From NCBI GenBank assembly GCA_951406725.2, contig OX597820.1:82398001-82462000 (forward strand): a DNA stretch of 64,000 bases. The letters run 5' to 3'. Below the pieces are notes generated by a model, which had not been told where the DNA came from, did no database searches, and saw nothing but the letters and a program-made list of their open reading frames with translations. Origin of the DNA: Octopus vulgaris. Its lineage: Eukaryota. A program made the position numbers and the translations under genes. This document shows, piece by piece, positions 54,940 to 64,000 of this stretch (position 1 is the stretch's first letter; each line of letters opens with the position of its first letter).

Positions 54940-54971
<32 letters not shown>

Positions 54972-55386
54972 CAACAACAACAGCAACATAAATAATAACA
55001 AAAGCAACATACAACATCAGCAACAACAACAACAACATATCCCCTCTTACTGCCACCTACGTTATAAACATTGCGATCAGAACAACTATTACAAAACCTA
55101 AAAAAACACGATAAGCAGACAGCAGCAGCAGCAGCAGCAGCAGCATCACAAGCACTAGCACCACCACATGCGCCAGCACAGTACCACAACTACCAACGAC
55201 AGCAGCACTACAACCACCACCACCACTTCCAGCAGCAACACATCTGTAACGGCGATAAAAACATCAACAACAAAGTGTGTTTCTATGATGAGTCAGAACA
55301 GTTTTATTTGCTATAATTATTCAAAGTTTAACCAATAATTATGTTAGATATTCAGAAATAGTTTTGACATTCAGAGTTTCATTCTT

Positions 55387-55499
<113 letters not shown>

Positions 55500-55753
55500 C
55501 ACGGACAACTCATACTCATATACACAAACACAGACGTACACTCCTGCATACACATACGTACGAACATATGTATACATATGTACACACATACATCTATTAG
55601 TATGAGTATATATATATATATATATAAATCAATATTATTCTTTATTATTTAAATTACAGCAGGCCTCAACTAAATTACAGCAGGCCTTCAACTAAATGAA
55701 CTGTTAGCTAGAACACTTGTATAGGTATGTACGTTTATATATATATATATATC

Positions 55754-55786
<33 letters not shown>

Positions 55787-56637
55787 CATTATTCAGTTTA
55801 TTTCAAGATTTCTTGCCAATAAAGAACCGGTTTCTAAACTAGATCCTTCAGTGGAATTTCAACATCAACAACAGGCTATTTTTGTTTGTTTGTATGCATG
55901 TATGTATGTATGTATGCATGTATGTATGTATGTATGTATGTATGTATGTATGTATGTATGTATGTATGTATGTATGTATGTATGTATGTATGTATGTATG
56001 CATGTATGTATGTATGTATGTATGTATGTATGTATGTATGTATGTATGTATGTATGTATGTATGTATGTATGTGTGTATGTATGCATGTATGTATGTGCA
56101 GAGTTGTATGTTTTATGTATGTATTCTCATGCATATATTTACATATCTAGATATGCTCATATATACTTAAAAGATAAACTTCTTGAAAGTTTTACAGATT
56201 TTTACAGTTCCAGTGATCGATTGGAACTGTAGACTTCGAATTAGGTTTCTTTTTTCTGGTTTTGAGAAGCCTGATTTCTCAAGATTGGTATTTAGGCAGT
56301 ACGTTATATATCTCAGGGCTCCAATAATTACCGGTATAAGCCTGAACTTGTAATCTGCATAAAGTAATTGCAGATTTCTCCATAGTTTAGCATAGGTGTT
56401 CTTTTTTTCATTTTATGTTAACATCCACTGGGCAGCTAATTTCCGCAACTGTGCACAGTTTCTCTTCTCTATCCCCAAATCATTATATCAGGTCTTTTGT
56501 GCATACATTTTATTGAGGTCTTCACTGGTACATTCCACCAGTATCGCCTTCCATAAGTGGCTATGGCTTCTACCATATTGTGAATTTTTATTTCTTTTCC
56601 TCGGGATTATCATTCCGACGGATTTCATTATAGTGTC
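55787..56637 (-). mobile_element. Truncated R4/Dong-like LINE in (TACA)n
   Basis: RPDIMIWD..EISCPVD..IPVIIGAL..GTVKICKTFKKFIF-stop; (TATG)n at both ends and inside the 3'UTR. Confidence 0.85.
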
Positions 56638-56792
56638 GTATGTATGTATGTATGTATGTATGTATGTATGTATGTATGTATGTATGTATGTATGTATGTA
56701 TGTATGTATGTATGCATACATGTATGTATGTATGTATGTATGTATGTATGTATGTATGTATGTATGCAGCTATCTATCTATCTATCTTTCAG

Positions 56793-56830
<38 letters not shown>

Positions 56831-56877
56831 CGTGAAGTGTTACATTTTTAAGGTGCAGGTGTGCCTGTGTGGAGACG

Positions 56878-57035
56878 CAGATGTTACTGTGTGGTAAGAA
56901 GCTTCCTTCTCTCCCAAATGATTCTTGGTTCAATCCCCCTGCGAGGTACCTTAGGCAAGTGTCTTCTACTACAGCCCAGGGCAGACCAATGCTTTGTGCA
57001 TAGATTTGGTAGACGGAAACTGAAAGAAGTCCGCA
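56878..57035 (+). mobile_element. CORE-like SINE 5' part
   Basis: TGTGTGGTAAGAAGCTT..GGCAAGTGTCTTCTACT..GACGGAAACTGAAAGAAG. Confidence 0.8.
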
Positions 57036-57077
57036 TTATATATATATATACATATACCTGCATAAATACATACATAC

Positions 57078-57735
57078 TACTAAATTCCTAATAAATAAAA
57101 GAGATAGTAAAGCCATTGGAATTCCAAGATGACCAGTCCCAAAGTGTCATCAAGGTACTACTTCCCTCTGCGACATGACGTTGTCGCAAAAGCAATATAC
57201 AATGCCATTCGGAGAAAAGACTGTCCTGGAATAAATATAGAGAATCCCCCTGCTATTGAATACATAAATAAACATCAACAGTAGGAATACTCGTGAAACA
57301 TTCTCATCAAGACATCTGTCGATATTGTTGCTTGGGACACAAGAAAAACCATCATAGAAGTCAGCTGTCCTGCTGTTGTGACTATCTCTTTGAAAATCAA
57401 AAAGAAAGAAGTAACAATGGATAACTGCTACGAAACTTCCAGCTTCTATATCCAAGTTATTAATTCACAGTTATACTAGTAATAATTGGTGCACTTGGTT
57501 TTGTGAGTAAATGCCCAATTGTCAGTCTGGATAAAGTTGGATTTTCGAAGAAAGAATTTAACCAACTAACTCACACATTGCAGTAAGTGGAACAGTGAAA
57601 ATATGCAAGACTTTACTCAAGTTTAACATGTGACATTATTTTTATTATTTACATTTCAACGATGGAGCGTTGTATAATTATTAGAAATCAGCTCTTTTCT
57701 CTGAGGAAGCATCTAAATTATTAAAAGCTAGAGAA
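57078..57735 (+). mobile_element. Truncated R4/Dong-like LINE (REL domain)
   Basis: SSRYYFPLRHDVVAKAIYNAIR, IIGALGFV, GTVKICKT; preceded by CATACATA. Confidence 0.8.
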
Positions 57736-57804
57736 CACACACACACACACACACACGCATACACAGACACACAGACACACGGACACACACACACACACTT
57801 ACAG

Positions 57805-57835
<31 letters not shown>

Positions 57836-58990
57836 CATGTATATACATGCATGTGTAAGTCTGCAAAAGTGCATATCTCACACACCGTTTGAAATCCGGT
57901 GTTGGCTTATTTACGTCACTGTAAACAAGTAGTTCGGCAAAAGATCTAAATGAAAAAATACTGGGGTTGATATGTTTGATTAAAACCCTTCAAAGCATTC
58001 CCCAGCATGGCCGCAGTCCAATGAATGAAACAACAAATAAAAGATAAAAGATATATAGTACACATGCACGTTTACATAATACATGCATCCAGACACACAC
58101 ATACGCACAAACACCCACACTCACACAACACAATCGCACATACATATAGGTGTAGTATGGCCGAATGGTTAAGAACTTCTCTTTGCAATCATAAGGACTC
58201 GTTCGCTTCCGCTGTCTGGCATCTTGGACATGTGTGATTTTTTTGTATGCCTCTCTGTCGGATAGATTGTGCCAATAATTTAAAGGCCCTTAAATTATTT
58301 GTATAACCGATCCAACAACTCTCGTCACGCTTATTCCATCTGAGTATTGCAAGTGTCTGTTGAATACTCAGCCACTTACATGCTAAGTACAGTTGTTAAC
58401 TTGATAGAACAACTGAATATTCGTGATCAGAAATTCTGAGATCCATTTACATTTACCATGCAACCGGTATCATGTAATCCTAGTACTACCTGCTCCAAGA
58501 TCGACTAAACCGGCTCTCCCACTTGAGCAGCGTACGGCTCTTGTGGTTTCTGGACACCCAGTAAGACTAAAAAGACATATCGAAGGCTGGTAAGCTCCTT
58601 GTGGGCCAACGGCCATCCAGTTAGGGAAGACAATGGTAAACCACCGATGTCGTTGTCAAGAAAAGGTCATGGAAAATTCAGAACGAAGTAACACTATAGC
58701 TTAATCTGATGGCAGAATTCACATTTAATTGAGTAGACTTTCGCTGCAGTGTCACCAACGCGCTGCAACGCATACACGCTACTGTTAATATCACATTTAA
58801 TAGACAGCGTTATTCTAGTGGCAGGTCTTATATAGTGATTATATAGAGAGGGTTAAAGAATAGAGGAATACTTAGAAACTACTGACGTAGAAGTTTACTT
58901 GTAAGCTCTAAACACATACAATTGTTGTTGTTCAACTTTAGGAGTATAATTAAAGCTCAGAATGAGATTGAAACAGTAATCGCTCGATAA

Positions 58991-59073
58991 TGTAAAGTAT
59001 AGAAGCCATCTTATCATGGCTAACCCCCTCCCCTATGTGGTTAGCCATGATAAGATGGCTTCTATACTTTACA
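58991..59073. repeat. Perfect 35-bp hairpin with 13-nt loop
   Basis: TGTAAAGTATAGAAGCCATCTTATCATGGCTAACC (58991-59025) is the exact reverse complement of 59039-59073. Confidence 0.95.
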
Positions 59074-60582
59074 ACCTTAGGAGTCCTATACTGAAACCTT
59101 CCAGCTGTGTTCACACGTCTTCTATGTATAACTTACACCATTCCAGCATCCAGTTGCCCTCTACTACACCGTTGTTACTTAATAACACCTTAGAATGTCA
59201 TCTTATAAAACTGACCACTACATCAGCCATATTTCCATTTGATCAACTCCAGTATAGAACCTATGTTAGAAAATATTCACCGAAGACTAGCACACCAACT
59301 ATTTCCGATCCTCGACTTAGAGAATTTCTAAAGACATTACTATTATGTTGCTGTAATATTTTTAACGGTTTTATCGGAAATCTGACGCTACTTTCTCATT
59401 GATTTGCCGTTAATTTCCATAGTACCCTTATATAGAAGTGTTTAGTCATACGCTGTCGACTTTTTATTTACAATTGTCATATTATTTTGAAATGTAAACA
59501 AACTTTCCGATGAGTGACATTTTCGTCTGTTTTGTTGAAAACGGGTTTCATAAGTACTCGTATTTATATCCTGTCAACCACCAGTCTGTGTACACAGTAT
59601 TTTGTAACATTATGCGTTATGCCAATAGAATATATCCACTTTTCTTCTACGTGTAGTCTCTCACTCCCTCCCTCCATCGCTCACTTTCACTCTCTTTCTC
59701 TCCGTCTTTCCCTCACCCGCCTCTTTTTCTCTCCATCTCCCCTCTCTCTGTCCTTCTTCCCGTCTCTCTCGCCTCCTGAAACAACACAGGTTTCACTGCC
59801 GTCATTGTAGGTGTCTCCATCTCTTCTGAACGTTCCAAGTTTTTCGTGTCTGCTTATATTTAGTCAGCCTAGATGAAAAGTATCGTGTAGAGTGTTCCAT
59901 CTGTGGCCATCCCATCTATTTCCCAGACACAGACAAGATGCCCCGAAGAAATCATCATTCTGTTCGTCCTATTCCAGACAGCTGTATTATTTCAAGCGCA
60001 CAAAACATGCACAGCCACAAATCCTACACAATCACACACATTCATACACACATACACATCCCACTCACATACAAGTATACAAACACGCTACACAGTATCC
60101 TTATATCTACCAATAAACAGCCACACATAGCCACATATACATACCGACATCCATATATATACACAAAAACCATATATGCTCACGTACATACGCACCTCTC
60201 GCGCTCTCGCATATATCCAAATACTGACATACACAGACTATACCAGCTACCGATCAACATAATTGTAAATGTAAACACTTAAACACACGTGATTGTAAAA
60301 ATTCTTCCACTTCTGCCCGATGTTGATAATGCTAGCAGTAGACGACAACCACAACCATTCCGTCCACCAACCTTCATTTATACTGATTTCTAACATTTTT
60401 TTCGACAAATTATCTCAACCCTGGGAGATGGGTCAATTACACTAATTCATGCATCAGTTGCTTCTTATTACAACGATTCCAGAGCCATGAAGCACCATGT
60501 CGACTTCGACAGGATTTCAACTGAGAACGTAAAAGGCCATTACTAAATACTGCATAATATTTTGTCGAATATTATACGTACA

Positions 60583-60985
60583 GGCGGCGAGCTGGCAGAA
60601 ACGTTAGCACGCCAGGCGAAATGCGTAGCCGTATTTCGTCTGCCGTTACGTTTTGGGTCCAAATTCTGCCGAGGTCGACTTTGCCTTTCATCCTTTCGGG
60701 GTCAATTAAATAAGTACCAGTTACGCACTGGGGTCGATATAATCGACTTAATCCGTTTGTCTGTCCTTGTTTGTCTCCTCTGTGTTTAACCCCTTGTGGG
60801 TAGTAAAGAAATAGGTATTTCGTCTGTCTTTACGTTCTGAGTTCAAATTCCGCCGAGGTCGACTTTGCCTTTCATCATTTCGAGATCGATAAATTAAGTA
60901 CCACTTGCGTACTGGGGTCGATCTAATTGACTTGCCCCCCGCCCCAAATTTCCGGTCTTGTGCCTACGGTAGAAAAGAATATTAT
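60583..60985 (+). mobile_element. Meta-domain SINE with partial tandem second unit
   Basis: Full unit to about 60815, then re-entry at GTATTTCGTCTG with a second Meta domain and a different tail. Confidence 0.88.
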
Positions 60986-61039
60986 ACATGCATACATACA
61001 TACATACATACATACATACATACATACATACATACATAC

Positions 61040-62112
61040 AGCAGTGATGTTGACAGGCTCTACCTAAGAAGAAATGAAGGTGGTAGAGGCCTGAGATTAA
61101 AGCAGACGGCCTTCAAAATCCGTATGGTATCACTCAGGAAGTATCTGCTAAACAACAACAGCTAAAATAGATACATTAATGCAGGGCTCTATTACACCAG
61201 AGAAGACCTAGATAGAAAGCACTTAGCATATAAACCAAAAAGACCATGCATGGGTATGTTGCCCGGAAGATTGAAGTAGACAGTAGAATGGACACGAAGC
61301 GCAGCATCTCTTGGACACAAGACCACTACATCACATCACACTTTGAAGGCTGTGAGTTTGCAATTCAGGAACAGGAGATTGCCACAAAGTATCTGGTGAA
61401 GAAGAAAGACAGTGATGCTCTTGTAATCCCAAGGCTATGTCAGGTTTCTGTGGAAGACATTACGCATGTGAATAGCAGCGGTCGTAAAATGTCACGGTAC
61501 TATCTCCCTATGCGGCACGATGTTGTTGCTAAAATAATTTACAATGTCATTCGCAAAAAGACTGACCTGAAATAAACTTAGAAAATCCCTGTTATGGAAT
61601 ACATTCATAAACACCAACTCAAGGAATACTGGTAGAAAATTCTCATCAAAACCTCTGTCAAATGTAAACGTAAGAGATCGGATATTGTTGTTTGGGACAG
61701 CGGGTGCAAAGGTATGTACCATCATAGAGGTCAGCTGCGCGGCAGATATAAATATCTCTTTGAAAATCAAAGAGGATATCTATGGACAACTGCTTCGAAA
61801 CTTCCAGTTTCTATATCCAGACTATGAATTCATACTCATACCAATAATAATTGGAGCACTAGGTTTTGTTAGTAAACGCTTAAAGGAGAATCTGGATAAG
61901 CTGGGATTTTCAGAAAGAAATTTGACCGGCTAATTCGTACATTACAAGTGCAATTTGTGAGTGGAATAGTAAAAATATGCAAGGCTTTTCTCAAGTCCCA
62001 AATATGAATTTTTCTGTGTTAACTACATCTCAAAGATGGAGCCTTGTATCTTTGTTGGAAACCGGCTCCTTCCTCAGTGAAAGGTTTATAATAATTAAAA
62101 AATTAGAAGAGA
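61040..62112 (+). mobile_element. Truncated R4/Dong-like LINE between (CATA)n tracts
   Basis: SDVDRLYLRRNEGGRGL, MHGY, AIQEQEIATK, RHDVVAK, IEVSC, IPIIIGALG; (CATA)n at about 60986-61039 and 62112-62248. Confidence 0.88.
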
Positions 62113-62264
62113 CATACATACATACATACATACATACATACATACATACATACATACATACATACATACATACATACATACATACATACATACATACATA
62201 CATACATACACACAGACAGACAGACATACATACATGCATACATACATAGTTATATTATGATAAT

Positions 62265-63780
62265 ATGATCAACATCAAGAAACAACTAGAACTAGTCACA
62301 ACATTCTCACGAGATATAGGAATGGCGTTTGGGCAAGATAAATGCCCATGCATGATAGTCAACCGAGGAATGATTGTCGACCAGGCAGAGAATATGTACA
62401 TCAACGGCTTGTCTATATTCCCTATCTCTCACGATGAAAGCTACAGCCACCTCGGAATCGGCGAGAATGTTGCATACATTAGTGTTGTGATTAAGGCCAG
62501 AATAACAAAAGAGTACTTCTGCAAACTCTTGAAAATATGGAACTCAGAGCTGTCTGCATTTAACGTGCTCGTATCTCGCAATGCTTTTGCAGTTTCAGTG
62601 CTAGTGCCAATATTTGGGATATTGGACTGGACACTCGATAATATACACTGCCTTAACATCACAACCAGAAAGGTGCTGATAATCACTGGTAACTTCTACA
62701 TTAACTATGACACCTTTAGTATTTAAGTGAGAGACGAAGTGATGGCGCTAGAGGCATAAGGTCAGTTCAAACAGCCCTTGAATGTCGTATTGTATCACTC
62801 AGACAACATCTACTGAACAATAAAGAAAGAAATGAGTATATTAAATGCATACTCAAAAGTGAGAGCCACAACATCTTCAGAGTTGGAGAATACATGCGGC
62901 CCAAAGGAGGTTGCACTGATCTACTTAAGCAGAAGCTTGGAGAAGAAGCAGGCAGCATACCAACAAAAAGCAATGCATGGATACATATCACGTAAGCTAG
63001 ACAGCGACAACAGCATTGGCAGGAAGAGTAGTGTCCCCTGGACATGCGATAGGTACATTACATTGTACCTAGAAGGATATGCCTTCACAATCCAGGAATA
63101 GGAGATAGCTACTTAATACCTGATATATAGGAGGGACAAAGATACTACCAAGCTTCCACGTTGTAATAAAAAAAATGTCGGCTCTGCTATACCAGTGTGG
63201 AAGATATCATCAGCTGCCCCAAAATGTCTGCGAGATACTACTTGCTCCTGAGGCATGATATAGTTGCAAAGGCTATTTACAATGCTATTCACAGGAAGGG
63301 CAGCCTTGACGTATACATAAGAAGCAGCAGGTATGCACACCTTTAAAAACAAGGAATATTGATGGAACATGCCAATAAAAATATCAATTTGGTACAAGCA
63401 TAACAGACCTAATATTGTTGTGTGGGACTGGGGAAAAACCATGCATTGTTGTAGAGGTCAGCTGTCCAGTGGATGTGTATGTACAATCATTAGTCCAGGA
63501 AAAAGAGAACATTTATGGCGAATTAATGTAGAACTTACAGCTCTTGTGTTCTGACTATAAATTCCCATTTGTACCTATCGTTATAGGTGCATTAAGTTAT
63601 GTACTAACAAATTTGCAAAAAAACCTAGAAATACTCGGTTTCACGAAGAAAAAGCAAAAGAAACTGACGCGGATTCTCCAAATCCAATCTATTAGTGGCA
63701 CAATGAAGATTTGTAAGACATTCCAGAAATTGTCCATCTGAGATTCTTATGTGAATAGATACTCCCATTTGAGTGTATGT
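62265..63780 (+). mobile_element. Decayed R4/Dong-like LINE (RT C-half and REL)
   Basis: FSRDIGMAFGQDKC, YSHLGI, MHGYI, NRPNIVVWD, VPIVIGAL, GTMKICKTF. Confidence 0.86.
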
Positions 63781-64000
63781 ATCGAAACTTCAACAAACAC
63801 ACCAACTCAACCACGTATTTATATACACTGGGAACTCTCTGCACTAAAAGTCTTGTCACTTTATTAGCGACCGGCTTGAATGCTCTTACGAAATTCTTTT
63901 TTAAAAAAATGAAAGAAAAATCACACACACACACACACACAAACACACACCACATAATTTTACAAGACGGTAAAAATTTGAGGTCATAAAACGTCTCTGA

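Noticed and set aside
54046-55316. Poly-Ala/Thr/Gly/Pro/Gln ORFs resembling low-complexity transcription-factor segments
   Set aside because: Trinucleotide repeats are open in several frames on both strands; no recognisable domain or convincing exon boundaries.
58460-58700. RTE-related bipartite SINE or HDV-like ribozyme (GAAGACAATGGTAAACCAC..CATGGA)
   Set aside because: Resemblance to an RTE/BovA-type segment is short, and I could not fold a nested double pseudoknot.

Overview
AT-rich, microsatellite-saturated eukaryotic genomic DNA with no intact protein-coding gene that I can recognise. The SINE, LINE and microsatellite content looks like an octopod cephalopod (Octopus-like) intergenic or intronic region; this is inferred from repeat types only. 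Nearly all supplied ORFs are simple-repeat artefacts or decayed transposon fragments. Contents: many tRNA-derived SINEs (CORE-like, Meta-domain and one other family, several with target-site duplications); remnants of RTE, RTE-X, CR1/L2-group and R4/Dong-type LINEs; a Penelope-like GIY-YIG fragment; two mariners; a non-autonomous Helitron plus Helitron Rep/helicase fragments; an Academ-like remnant; and degenerate 18-bp and 48-bp arrays. Four observations stand out. (1) About ten type I hammerhead-ribozyme motifs lie in short Penelope-like modules next to simple repeats, including two with a compensatory U3:A8 core and two inside long inverted repeats. (2) A full-length 5S rRNA copy is fused through an A-rich linker to a Meta-SINE and inserted as one unit with a 17-bp TSD. 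(3) R4/Dong-like LINEs repeatedly sit in (TACA)n or (TAA)n. (4) There is a perfect 35-bp hairpin. All calls were made by eye, and coordinates of decayed elements are approximate.
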